Source: Candidatus Woesearchaeota archaeon
Lineage (GTDB): Archaea > Nanobdellota > Nanobdellia > Woesearchaeales > UBA10216
DNA: 64,000 nucleotides
Direction of reading: 5' to 3'
Assembly: GCA_016180085.1 (NCBI GenBank)
Contig: JACPBX010000003.1
Span: 64,001-128,000, forward strand
Every line of letters starts with the position of its first letter. Position 1 is the first letter of the stretch. Below, one piece after another: positions 45,074 to 54,328 of this stretch. Both the position numbers and the translations under genes were made by a program. The notes under the pieces were generated by a model. It did not search any database and was not told the origin of the DNA. It was given only the letters and a program-made list of their open reading frames with translations.

Positions 45074-46090
45074 CTACTTCAGCCTTAATTCATGCATTCT
45101 TTTTATGTTGTGGTACATTGGGTTGTTCAGCGGGTCCTTGAGCAGACCTTTCCTGAATGCATCCGTGAGGGTTTCGATGGCATCCTCAACAGTGTATCGG
45201 GCAGTGAAGCCGAGAGCCTTCAGTATCTTGTCTGAGTTTATGTGGTAGGACCTGTTGTCGTTGGTTGGCACAACTTCAAGCTCTACCTCTTTGCCGAGCG
45301 CCTTCTCAACAACCTTCTTTGCAAGCATCGCTATCTCTGTTACCTTCATGTTCTGGTAGCCCACGTTAAAGGTCTGGTGCCTCAGTTTTTCCCATGGAGC
45401 TGCAAGCAAAAGCTCGTATGCCCTTACCATGTCTTTGATGTTTATGTTGGGCCTTAGCTGGCTTCCGCCAAATATCTTTATCTTTCTGTTAACAAGGGCG
45501 TTTATCGTAAGTATGTTGACCACAAGGTCCAGCCTGAGCCTTGGCGCATACCCGCACACTGTTGCCGGCCTTATCGTTACCCACTCAATGTCTTCCCCTT
45601 CCTCTTTCAGCACCTTCTCGCAGTCTGCCTTGTATTTTGAGTAGTCGGTCAGGGGCTCCAGCATGGCTTCTTCAACCACGTTCTTCTCTGATTTCAGTCC
45701 GTAAACGCTGGAAGTGCTTGCATAAATCAGCCTTTTGGCTCTGTTAACCCTTGCTGCCTCAACTACGTTATAGAATGCGTCGAAGTTGATTGACTTTCCA
45801 AGTTCAGGATTGAGCTCGAAGCTTGGGTCGTTGGAGATGCACGCGAGGTGGATTATTGCATCACAATCTTTTGCTGCCGCCACTATTTTTTCTTTTTCCC
45901 TTATGTCGCCTTTTATCTCGGTCAGCTTTTTGTCTTTAATGCCCTTAAACACATCGCCGTAGATGTAGAGGTCGTAAACAACAACCTCATAGCCTTTTGC
46001 CAGGAGGCTTGGCACGAGCGCTGAGCCGACGTAGCCGGCACCGCCAGTGATGAATACTTTTTTTATGCCAGCATGGTTAATGTTTACCAC
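45074..46090 (-). CDS. NAD-dependent epimerase/dehydratase (extended SDR)
   Basis: ITGGAGYVGS, HLACISNDP, STSSVYG, YSKYK. Probable GTG start at 46090 with GGAG upstream. Confidence 0.9.
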   Translation of the reverse strand: MVNINHAGIKKVFITGGAGYVGSALVPSLLAKGYEVVVYDLYIYGDVFKGIKDKKLTEIKGDIREKEKIVAAAKDCDAIIHLACISNDPSFELNPELGKSINFDAFYNVVEAARVNRAKRLIYASTSSVYGLKSEKNVVEEAMLEPLTDYSKYKADCEKVLKEEGEDIEWVTIRPATVCGYAPRLRLDLVVNILTINALVNRKIKIFGGSQLRPNINIKDMVRAYELLLAAPWEKLRHQTFNVGYQNMKVTEIAMLAKKVVEKALGKEVELEVVPTNDNRSYHINSDKILKALGFTARYTVEDAIETLTDAFRKGLLKDPLNNPMYHNIKRMHELRLK

Positions 46091-47102
46091 CTTTCTCCTT
46101 TCCCAGGTACTCGAACCATTTTTCGGTTGCCTGCCCGATTGATTTTTCGTCCCAAAGCGGAGCAGCTTTCCAGTAATCAATGTTGTCAATCATAATCTTC
46201 ACCCCTTCTTCAAATGAAACCTCAGGCTTCCACTTGAGCAGCTTTGTTGCCTTTGCTATGTCCGCGTGGGTGCTTTCAGGCTCACCCGGCCGTTTTGGAA
46301 TGTGCATAGTCTTCCCGTCTTTTCCGCCTATGAGCTTTGCCAGGTAGTTCACTGACTGGGGTTTGCCTGTGCCTATGTTGATTATCTCCCCAACCACATC
46401 GGATTCTGCAGCAATCAGCGTGGCTTTTGCAACGTCAGTTACGAATGTGAAGTCCCTTGTCTGGGTTCCGTCTCCGACTATTGTCAGGGGCTTGCCGTGA
46501 AGCTTTTGCGCGAGGAACACTTTGAACACTGCCCCGTATGTGTCGTTTGTCCTCGCCCTTGTCCCATACACGTTAAAGTACCTCAATGATATTACGGGGA
46601 GGCCGTAGAGCCTGTGCCAGAACATCGTGCAAAGCTCTCCAACGTACTTTGTGAACGCGTAAGGGTATTGCGGCCTTATCTCAGCAGTCTCGGGCGTAGG
46701 GTACTGGTCCGGTATGCCGTAGCATGACGACGACGCGGCATATATGAATTTTCTGGCGCCGTATTTTCTTGAAGCTTCCAGCGCCCGTATTGTGCCTGTG
46801 ACGTTTGCCTCGTGGTACTTCAGGGGCTGTTCAATGGAAGGCACTATGTCTGCGAGCGCTGCCATGTGGAAGACGTAGGTTGCGTCCTTGAATGTTGAGT
46901 CGTTAAACTCCTTTGCGAGGTCTATCCTGTGGAACTCGTAGTCCGGATTGCCTTTGAACAGGTCGATGTTGTCCTGCTGGCCGTTGGACATGTCGTCTAT
47001 GGCAATGACGTGGAAGCCCTTGCTGAGCAGCAGCTCCACCATGTGTGAGCCGATAAAGCCTGCGCCTCCTGTGACAACAGCTCTCTTTTTGTCCTTCTTC
47101 AT
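46077..47102 (-). CDS. NAD-dependent epimerase (GalE/WcaG-like)
   Basis: VTGGAGFIGSH, HMAA, SSSCYG, PYAFTK, RYFNVYG. Start moved to ATG 47102. Confidence 0.92.
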   Translation of the reverse strand: MKKDKKRAVVTGGAGFIGSHMVELLLSKGFHVIAIDDMSNGQQDNIDLFKGNPDYEFHRIDLAKEFNDSTFKDATYVFHMAALADIVPSIEQPLKYHEANVTGTIRALEASRKYGARKFIYAASSSCYGIPDQYPTPETAEIRPQYPYAFTKYVGELCTMFWHRLYGLPVISLRYFNVYGTRARTNDTYGAVFKVFLAQKLHGKPLTIVGDGTQTRDFTFVTDVAKATLIAAESDVVGEIINIGTGKPQSVNYLAKLIGGKDGKTMHIPKRPGEPESTHADIAKATKLLKWKPEVSFEEGVKIMIDNIDYWKAAPLWDEKSIGQATEKWFEYLGKEKGGKH

Positions 47103-47140
47103 AGGATTAGGATAACTGCGGGCTTTCTTAAAATTTTCCA

Positions 47141-47746
47141 TTACTGTCTGCCGTGCTGGGAAGATTCAGAATGTTCCTGTATCTTCTTCTGGAGGTAGTA
47201 AGTTACCAGGTGGTGCAGCATGTCGTGGCAGTCTTCAACCCTGCCGTAGTTGTTTGATCTGACGTGGACATGGTGGTCAACTATGTTTTTCAGTTTCCCG
47301 CCGTCAAAGCCGAGGAAGGCTATTGTTTTTGCCTTGAATTTTTTTGCCAGCTCGACTGCCTTAATGACGTTTGGCGAGTTGCCGCTGCCGGTCAGCGCAA
47401 TAACAACATCCCCTTCATTCACGTAGTGGTTGAGCTGCTGCGAGAAAACGTCGTCGTAGGAAAGGTCGTTTGCGAATGCCGTCATAGTTGCAACGTTGTC
47501 TGTCAGGGACATGACCCTGAAGCGCTTTTCCAGGTGGTCGTAGACCCTCTGGAGCGTGCCTTTTGCTATGTCGCAGGCGAAATGCGATGCTGTTGCCGCG
47601 CTTCCTCCATTTCCGAATATGAATATCTGCTTGTCGTTCTTCCACGCATCGAAAAGCACGTCAACTACCTTCGTCACGTCTTCGGGCTTTATTGTGTCTA
47701 TTTCTTTTTTCAGCTGTTCGATGTATGCTTTGACGAATTCAACCAT
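47141..47746 (-). CDS. gmhA: SIS-domain phosphoheptose isomerase
   Basis: GNGGSAATASH, AFANDLSYDDVFSQQ, LTGSGNSPNV, GFDGG, EDCH. Confidence 0.88.
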   Translation of the reverse strand: MVEFVKAYIEQLKKEIDTIKPEDVTKVVDVLFDAWKNDKQIFIFGNGGSAATASHFACDIAKGTLQRVYDHLEKRFRVMSLTDNVATMTAFANDLSYDDVFSQQLNHYVNEGDVVIALTGSGNSPNVIKAVELAKKFKAKTIAFLGFDGGKLKNIVDHHVHVRSNNYGRVEDCHDMLHHLVTYYLQKKIQEHSESSQHGRQ

Positions 47747-47790
47747 TTTTTGTCAGGCAGCCGGCAGAAAAGGTGCATATAAAAATTTTG

Positions 47791-48615
47791 TCATAGCCTT
47801 AGCCGCTGCGCTTTTCTGCTCGTTTCTTCCCAGTTTACCAGTGGTGCCATGAAGTCAGAGTGGCAGTGTGTTGCCAGTGAAGGCATGCTTCCAACCAGCT
47901 TCCTTTTTGGGGTGGCGAACCAGAATTGCTTTATTCCCTGCACAAAATGCCAGGCGTTCTGCTCCCAGTTTGGGTAGAGGTAGCCTAAGAAAAGCACAGC
48001 ATTGACCAGTTTCCTGAAAGTGCCATCCCGCTTTTCAACCCCCAAGCTGAAGAGCCAGAACTTCCACCAGTCCTTCATGAATGCCTCTGTCCTTCCTCCC
48101 CAGGTCATTGTTGCTGAGGAGACTGTGCGCCAGTGGTTGTATTTGCCAACATAAACCCGTGCCTCTTTCATGCCTTCTGTGCGTATGTTCGCATACCTGT
48201 CCGGGTGGTCGTAAAGGGTTGCGTAGTCTGCATTTTTCATGGTGTTTAAGGCGTCAAGCATTGAGACGAAGGCGTTGTCAAGGTAAAGGTAGTCGTCCTC
48301 CCCGAAGTAGATATAGCCTGTGTCCTGCTTCCTTGCAAGCCCGTATATGAACCTGCATGACTCGATGTTTCCCTTGCCTCCTGTGTCGAAAATCTTGCCG
48401 TATTTTTTCATTAGCGCGAGCCTGTCTTGCGGAATGGGTGAGTCGTTGCAGAAATAGAACGTTTTTTTGCACTCATTGCTGCTTAGCCTGTTTGCGGCGT
48501 TAAGGAAGCTTTTGAGGCAGGCAAGCTTCGAGAAGTATGGCGGCCTTTTCTTCCTCAGCATCTGCTCCCTGCTTTCATCTCCTACTGAGCGGTAAATGAA
48601 TGTTATCGATTGCAT
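47791..48615 (-). CDS. Putative GT-A-fold glycosyltransferase
   Basis: YIYFGEDDYLY acidic motif, HPDRY, TMTW, PSLATH. Start moved to ATG 48615. Confidence 0.65.
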   Translation of the reverse strand: MQSITFIYRSVGDESREQMLRKKRPPYFSKLACLKSFLNAANRLSSNECKKTFYFCNDSPIPQDRLALMKKYGKIFDTGGKGNIESCRFIYGLARKQDTGYIYFGEDDYLYLDNAFVSMLDALNTMKNADYATLYDHPDRYANIRTEGMKEARVYVGKYNHWRTVSSATMTWGGRTEAFMKDWWKFWLFSLGVEKRDGTFRKLVNAVLFLGYLYPNWEQNAWHFVQGIKQFWFATPKRKLVGSMPSLATHCHSDFMAPLVNWEETSRKAQRLRL

Positions 48616-48675
48616 CCAGGCATGCAAGCTGGCTGCTGTTAAATATCTTTCGTTGCCATGCGATAGCACGCGACA

Positions 48676-48694
48676 GAAACATTTAAAAACCTTC
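48676..48694. promoter_or_regulatory. Overlapping bidirectional TATA element
   Basis: Plus strand GAAACATTTAAAAAC about 26 nt before ATG 48716; minus strand GAAGGTTTTTAAATG towards 48615. Confidence 0.5.
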
Positions 48695-48715
48695 TGCCAG
48701 CAGCTCCTTTCCTGT

Positions 48716-49705
48716 ATGGCGAAGTTTAGGGTTCTGATTACGGGGGGAGCGGGCTTTATAGGCCATCATCTGGTTGAGGGAGTTCTGAAGGAAACAGATT
48801 GGGAAATCGTAATCATGGACCGGCTGGATGTTTCCGGAAGCCTGGAAAGGTTAAGGGATATATCCATCTGGGAAAGGGAAAAGCACCGGGTCAAGTTTAT
48901 CTGGTGGGACTTAAAAGCGCCTGTTAACCAGATTGCAGCAAACCAGATAGGCAAGCTGGATTATATCTGGCATCTTGCTGCTTCAAGCCATGTAGATCGC
49001 AGCATTCAGGACCCATTGTCATTTGTAATGGACAACGTTGTTGGAACGTGCAATATCCTGAACTTTGCCAGGGAAATTAAGGGCTTAAAGCTGTTCATTT
49101 ACTTCTCCACTGATGAAGTTTTCGGGCCTGCTCCGGAAGGGGTTCTCTATAAGGAATGGGACAGGTACAAGTCAGGAAACCCTTATGCTGCCACCAAGGC
49201 AGGGGCAGAGGAATTATGCGTGGCATTTGAAAACACCTATAAGCTTCCGATTATTGTGACCCATACTATGAATTGTTTTGGAGAGCGCCAGCATCCCGAA
49301 AAGTTTATCCCGATGTGCATCAGGAAAATCCTGAATGGCGAAACCGTGACAATCCATTCGGATAAAACCAAAACAAAGTCCGGCTCAAGGTTCTATATAC
49401 ATGCCAGAAATGTTGGCGAGGCATTGCTGTTCCTTACCAAAAAATGCCAAATCGGGGAGAAATACAACCTGGTTGGGGAAAGGGAAGTTTCAAATCTTGA
49501 TTTGGCGAAGTTTATAGCCAAGGTAGTCGGGAAAGAGCTGAAGTATGAGATGGTGGATTTTCATTCTTCCAGGCCCGGGCATGATTTAAGGTATGCGTTG
49601 GATGGCACAAAATTAAAGGAACTGGGCTTTGAATATCCTAAAACGTTTGAAGAATCCATGGCAAAAACAGTTAAGTGGACCTTGGAACACAAGGAATGGC
49701 TTTAA
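48716..49705 (+). CDS. rmlB: dTDP-glucose 4,6-dehydratase-like
   Basis: ITGGAGFIG, HLAASSHVDRSI, STDEVFG, NPYAATK, QHPEKFIP, RPGHDLRY. Start moved to ATG 48716. Confidence 0.9.
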   Translation: MAKFRVLITGGAGFIGHHLVEGVLKETDWEIVIMDRLDVSGSLERLRDISIWEREKHRVKFIWWDLKAPVNQIAANQIGKLDYIWHLAASSHVDRSIQDPLSFVMDNVVGTCNILNFAREIKGLKLFIYFSTDEVFGPAPEGVLYKEWDRYKSGNPYAATKAGAEELCVAFENTYKLPIIVTHTMNCFGERQHPEKFIPMCIRKILNGETVTIHSDKTKTKSGSRFYIHARNVGEALLFLTKKCQIGEKYNLVGEREVSNLDLAKFIAKVVGKELKYEMVDFHSSRPGHDLRYALDGTKLKELGFEYPKTFEESMAKTVKWTLEHKEWL

Positions 49706-49729
49706 ACAAGTGTGCAATTCTCTGATGTA

Positions 49730-51196
49730 TTACTTTCTTCCCGTTATTCTTCCAAGCATAGTTTTTGTAAGGTTCAGCTCATCCTTCCCTATGCCTTTCA
49801 GCATTGCGAGCACTGAGAAGTAGGCTGCCGCTGCGATTGGCACAACCATCAGGAGATGAAGCTGCTTAAGCGAGGTTATCACAGCTGCCATTGCTGCGGC
49901 AGCTATTAGCGGCTTGTACAGGAGCCTTGGAAGGCTGAGGCCGTAGCCGTTTTTCGTGCAGTAATAGTAAAGCATCACTACAGCAATAAGCTGTGTTGCG
50001 ACTGCTGCTGCCGCTGCTCCGATGTAGCTGTACTTCGGTATCAGGAAAAGGTTTAGCGCGATGTTCACGCCAGCATACGCTGCTGTGACTCCTGTGAATA
50101 TGTGCTGTTTGTTGATTGCGTTCATCAGGAAGCCCATGAGGTAGTGCAGGAATATGAGAGCCTCAGCCCAGATAAGGAGCCTCAGGACAGTAATTGATGC
50201 CGTGAAGCCGGGGCCGTAAAAAAGAAGTATGACCCTGTCCGCAATGAGGGTGAGGCCTATGGCAGAGGGTATTGCTGCAACAAGTAAGTAGTAGAATGTT
50301 TTTTCATACAGCGCCTTAACAGACCCTTTTGCCTGGGCGTGCAGCCTGCTCATCGTGGGAAATGATGCAGTGACTATGACCAGGGGTATGAGCCTCAGCG
50401 CTTCTGTTATCTTGTAGGCTGCGCCATACCACCCTGTTGCGGCGAATCCCTGCATGGCGCTGAGCATTATCGTGTCTGCCCTTTGGTAAACCATTCTCAG
50501 GAAGCCCGCTGCCCAGAACTGCATTGAGTTTCTGACTATGTGCAGCACAACTGCCTTGTCAAACCTTGGCGCGAAGCTGAAGAACTTTTTCCTGACAATG
50601 TATGCGTTCGTGGCGAATGCCGCAAGCTGTGAAACTATGTATGCGAGTATAACGTACTTGAGGCCGTATCCTGAAACCAGCAGCCAGAGTCCTGCGCCTG
50701 TGAACAGCAGCCTTTCGAAAATCAGCAGCCCGGAATAGTACGAGCCTTTCTCATGTGACATGAAAACGCTCCTGAACGGCTCTGTCGCGAAGTTCAGCGC
50801 CATGCCCACTGTTGCCATGACTGTTATTAGGAGTGTTTCAGGCGTTATGAAATTCAGGAAGAACGCCGCTGTTGCCGCTAATGTGCCTATGGCGAGTGCA
50901 AGCGGCGCCATCATGAGGCGCAGCCCCAGCACGTTGCTCAGGTAAGAGCTTGCCAGTGCCCTGTTCTTGGCCATCTCCCTGTTGATGTACATCGGTATGC
51001 CAAGGTCGATAAAGTTCAGTATGAGGTCTATGAATGCAAATGCGAAGGCGTAGGCGCCCAGCCCGATATTGCCAAGGTATCGCGCTATTGCAAATACTAA
51101 CAGAAGAGAAAGGGCTCTGGTTGTTACCTCTCCCACGAACAGGAAGCCGGTATTGCCAATTACTATTTCGGAGTCTGTCCTGTGTTGCTCAGCCAT
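49730..51196 (-). CDS. Polysaccharide flippase (Wzx/MurJ-like)
   Basis: About 14 TM helices, ARYLGNIGLGAY, DTIML...GWYGAAY, LIPKYSYIGAA. Start moved to ATG 51196, which overlaps the upstream stop. Confidence 0.92.
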   Translation of the reverse strand: MAEQHRTDSEIVIGNTGFLFVGEVTTRALSLLLVFAIARYLGNIGLGAYAFAFAFIDLILNFIDLGIPMYINREMAKNRALASSYLSNVLGLRLMMAPLALAIGTLAATAAFFLNFITPETLLITVMATVGMALNFATEPFRSVFMSHEKGSYYSGLLIFERLLFTGAGLWLLVSGYGLKYVILAYIVSQLAAFATNAYIVRKKFFSFAPRFDKAVVLHIVRNSMQFWAAGFLRMVYQRADTIMLSAMQGFAATGWYGAAYKITEALRLIPLVIVTASFPTMSRLHAQAKGSVKALYEKTFYYLLVAAIPSAIGLTLIADRVILLFYGPGFTASITVLRLLIWAEALIFLHYLMGFLMNAINKQHIFTGVTAAYAGVNIALNLFLIPKYSYIGAAAAAVATQLIAVVMLYYYCTKNGYGLSLPRLLYKPLIAAAAMAAVITSLKQLHLLMVVPIAAAAYFSVLAMLKGIGKDELNLTKTMLGRITGRK

Positions 51197-51956
51197 TTTT
51201 ATCGCTGTTTTCCGTTTTCTTTTTCCTGCCATTCAGCTTTATTTCCTTTTTTGCATTTTTGGCCAATGTTTCTTTTACGCACAGCAGCTGGAAGGCGTAT
51301 TCCGGATGGTTTCCTGTGAACAGCTGCGTTAAGTCTGAAAGCAGGCTCCAGGCAAATTTAGGCTTTAGCCTTATCGCAGCATAAGCCCCCCTTAGGGGTT
51401 TCCAGCCGTTGATGCCTGTGACTTTGTAGCCAAGCCTTTTCATCTCTTCTGCGTTCCATCCTGACTTGTGAAGCTGCCACGGGTTGCTCTCAAACTCGCC
51501 TTGCGGCAGGAAGCCGTTTGGCGTGAACACAATCACTTTTTCCCTTGCAATTTTTTCCATCATTGCCAAAAGCCTTAGTCCCTCCTCTTTGGTTAGGTGC
51601 TCTATGGCGTCTGAGGCAAGCACGCAGTCGAAAGAGTTCGGCTTGAATTTTCTTCCTATTTCGAGTATGTCCATCTTATAATACCTGTCGTGTATGCCTT
51701 CTGCCTTGCTTTTCCTGATGCTTGGCTCAAACGCGTCCACGCCAACGCAGTATGGTTTATTGGAGAAATGCCTGACTGGTGAGTTCTCCCCGCAGCCAAC
51801 ATCAAGCAGTGTATAGGCGGCATTCGGCCGCCTATACGCATCGGCTTTTGCCGATGCTGTTTTGCAGCCTCCAACTGCTTTTTCAAGCTCTTTTGGGTAG
51901 TCCGGGAATATTTTCCTGTATATCGACTTAGCGATGCTGTTGTGCAGGTTTACCAT
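51189..51956 (-). CDS. Class I SAM-dependent methyltransferase carrying a 16-aa in-frame insertion
   Basis: LLDVGCG, GVDAF, FDCVLASDAIEHL, FTPNG. Start moved to ATG 51956. Confidence 0.88.
   Translation of the reverse strand: MVNLHNSIAKSIYRKIFPDYPKELEKAVGGCKTASAKADAYRRPNAAYTLLDVGCGENSPVRHFSNKPYCVGVDAFEPSIRKSKAEGIHDRYYKMDILEIGRKFKPNSFDCVLASDAIEHLTKEEGLRLLAMMEKIAREKVIVFTPNGFLPQGEFESNPWQLHKSGWNAEEMKRLGYKVTGINGWKPLRGAYAAIRLKPKFAWSLLSDLTQLFTGNHPEYAFQLLCVKETLAKNAKKEIKLNGRKKKTENSDKNG
51810..51857. repeat. 48-bp double-hairpin palindromic insertion inside the methyltransferase CDS
   Basis: GTATAGGCGGC-ATTCG-GCCGCCTATAC (51811-37) followed directly by GCATCGGC-TTTT-GCCGATGC (51838-57); TGT direct repeat at 51810-12 and 51858-60. 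Confidence 0.8.
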
Positions 51957-52870
51957 GGCATCTTTCCGGAAAGGCTTTTCCTGTACATAATGCCTTGAAT
52001 AAAGCCCAAAATTGCGGCTTTCGCGGCTGCGCTGTCCCTCTTCAGCAGCTTGTACGCTACAAGGGCTGCCAGCTCTGCAAGGTAAAAGGCGGCGAAGCTT
52101 GGCCAATGGCACCATCTTGCATTCTTCCGCATGAATATTAGCCTGTTTCTCATATTTTGCCTTATCATGAGCGGGCTCCCCTTCCTGATTGATGCGGACA
52201 CCTTATGCCATATTTTTGAGGCTGGCACGACTTTTATGCCGTAGCCCTGCCTTTTTGCCCTTGTGCAGAAGTCAGCCTCTTCATAGTAGAGGAAGAAGTA
52301 TGCGTCCAGGACTCCGATTTTTTCAAATACTTCCCTTCTCACAAGCATTGCGCATCCTGAGCCGTAATCTGTATCTGTGACTTCTTTGAACTGGCCTTTG
52401 TCAATCTCGTTGAGGTGCTGGTGCCTTGCATCCCCATGCCAGAAGTTGAACGAAGCTCCGGCATACCAGACCCTTTTTGGCTCGTCATAATAGTATATTA
52501 GCGGCGACACTATGCCTGCCCGCTTGTCCCTTTCAGCTTCGGCAACGAGGTGGCCGAGGAACTCCTGATGGACTACAGTGTCATTGTTCAGCAGCAGGAT
52601 ATAGTCTGCCTTATCCTCAAGCGCGCGCCTTATCCCGACGTTGTTGCCTTCTGCGAAGCCGAGGTTTTTGCTGTTCTCTATCAGCGTGAAGCTAAAGCCT
52701 TTTTTCCTGAGCGCCTTCAGCTTTGGCGCATCATTTGCCGAGCCGTTGTCAACCACAACAATTTTGAAATTTTGGTAGCTTATCTTTTCCAGCGACTCAA
52801 GGCAGTCTTTTGTCAGATCGTAGTTGTTCCAGTTCAGCAGAATTATGCTGACAAGCGGCTTTCGCATCAT
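51950..52870 (-). CDS. GT2 glycosyltransferase (rhamnosyltransferase/WbbL-like)
   Basis: ILLNWN, NLGFAEGNNVG, LLNNDT, SGCAMLV, FFLYYEEADFC. Confidence 0.92.
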   Translation of the reverse strand: MMRKPLVSIILLNWNNYDLTKDCLESLEKISYQNFKIVVVDNGSANDAPKLKALRKKGFSFTLIENSKNLGFAEGNNVGIRRALEDKADYILLLNNDTVVHQEFLGHLVAEAERDKRAGIVSPLIYYYDEPKRVWYAGASFNFWHGDARHQHLNEIDKGQFKEVTDTDYGSGCAMLVRREVFEKIGVLDAYFFLYYEEADFCTRAKRQGYGIKVVPASKIWHKVSASIRKGSPLMIRQNMRNRLIFMRKNARWCHWPSFAAFYLAELAALVAYKLLKRDSAAAKAAILGFIQGIMYRKSLSGKMPW

Positions 52871-52915
52871 GCCAATAAAAATTTCGGCTTGTTTTTAATG
52901 CTTTCCTTGATACTG

Positions 52916-54247
52916 TCAAGACCCGATTAGGGCCCTGATGAGGGTTCCCGGTATCTCTGAAAGGGGCACTTTTGATGTGACCTCCTTCAGCATTACAGCG
53001 AGCATGTTCACGAAGTTAGCAGCCACAAGTATGGCTACTGCCGCATAGACCGGCTTCATCCCGGCTTTTATCCTTGCAATCCTGATGAGCTCTGCTGTTC
53101 CAAGGGCGAAGAAGACACTCATCCCAAGCAAAAATCTCAGCCCGTAGCCGTTTAGCCATGCCGACCAGCTCGTGGTCAGCAACAGCTGTGCTGCAACAGG
53201 CACGAGGAAGTACCATGCCGCTCCCTTTATCCTTTTTGCAAACAGGAACAGCCCCACCATTGAGAGCGGCAGGAGAGGCACCCTCCACAGGCCTGCCTCT
53301 GTCGAAAGCAACAGTGGCAGCAGCTGCGGAGCTGTCCACTGGTAGAAATTGTATTTGACTGAGCTGGCGTAGGTGTTCACAATGTAGCTTCCGTACATTT
53401 CTTTCCACAGGAGCATCTGCGGGAAGATCATTCCAAGGAAGCCAATGCCAAGCAGGCCAGAGTTAATGACGGTTTTCCTTAAGTTGGCAAAGCTGAGTTT
53501 TCCCGCCAGGCTTTTGAGCAGCTCGAGTCCGGGCAAAAACCCTATCAGCGCGTCCTGCTGCCTGATAAGGTAAACAAGCCCAAGGAGCACTCCAAGAAGC
53601 AGCCATTGCAGCTTTGTCCTTTTCCCCAGCCCCAGCGTGGTGTACCAGATGTACACAAACAATGTGACTGTAAGCATTGAGTTGATGTGTGACATGCTTG
53701 GCTCAATGCTCTGGTACCAGAAAAAGGCTGTTCCGTACCAAACCGCGACAGTGGCAAGCAGGGCTGTTTTTTTCTCGAACCATTTTCTGCATAGCTTGTA
53801 AATCAGCAATGCCCCCAGAAGCCCGTAAACAAGGCTTGCAATGCCAATGCCCGCCTCATACAGGAAGCCAAAGCCATCTGCCCTTACATGGAGTCCGGCA
53901 ATGTTCAAAAGCAGCGCAAGCGCATGCGCGGCCAAAAAGAAGGGGGCCCACATTATGGCATTTCCTATCAGGTAAATATTCTCCAGGTAACCTTTTTTTG
54001 TTTTCACTGATGGAATATTCTCAACCCTCTGGATGGCTGAGAACTTGCTGTAAGTGGTGTTATAATAAGTCCATTCGTTAGTGAAATTGATGTCCTTGTC
54101 AATTACCATTGACCTCAGGTATGAGTAATAGCCCCTGCCGTCATTATATACGACAAACCCCGTTACCATATAATGAAGAATCATTATCACAGCAACAGGC
54201 ACCAAAAACACCAGCATAAGCTTGGTTTCAGCGCTTATTCTCCCCAT
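52916..54247 (-). CDS. GT-C-like polytopic membrane protein
   Basis: NDGRGYYSYLRSMVIDKD first loop, EPSMSH, IRQQD, many TM helices. Start at 54247 or 54253 after GGAGGTG. Confidence 0.7.
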   Translation of the reverse strand: MGRISAETKLMLVFLVPVAVIMILHYMVTGFVVYNDGRGYYSYLRSMVIDKDINFTNEWTYYNTTYSKFSAIQRVENIPSVKTKKGYLENIYLIGNAIMWAPFFLAAHALALLLNIAGLHVRADGFGFLYEAGIGIASLVYGLLGALLIYKLCRKWFEKKTALLATVAVWYGTAFFWYQSIEPSMSHINSMLTVTLFVYIWYTTLGLGKRTKLQWLLLGVLLGLVYLIRQQDALIGFLPGLELLKSLAGKLSFANLRKTVINSGLLGIGFLGMIFPQMLLWKEMYGSYIVNTYASSVKYNFYQWTAPQLLPLLLSTEAGLWRVPLLPLSMVGLFLFAKRIKGAAWYFLVPVAAQLLLTTSWSAWLNGYGLRFLLGMSVFFALGTAELIRIARIKAGMKPVYAAVAILVAANFVNMLAVMLKEVTSKVPLSEIPGTLIRALIGS

Positions 54248-54266
54248 GCGCATGAACACCTCCGGA

Positions 54267-54305
54267 TTATTTAAAAAGTTTTTTCTCACAGAAAGATATT
54301 TAAAC
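54267..54305. promoter_or_regulatory. Divergent archaeal promoters
   Basis: Minus strand GAAAAAACTTTTTAAATAA (54267-85); plus strand GAAAGATATTTAAAC (54291-305). Confidence 0.6.
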
Positions 54306-54328
54306 AATCTGTCAGAGGCTTTTTTATC

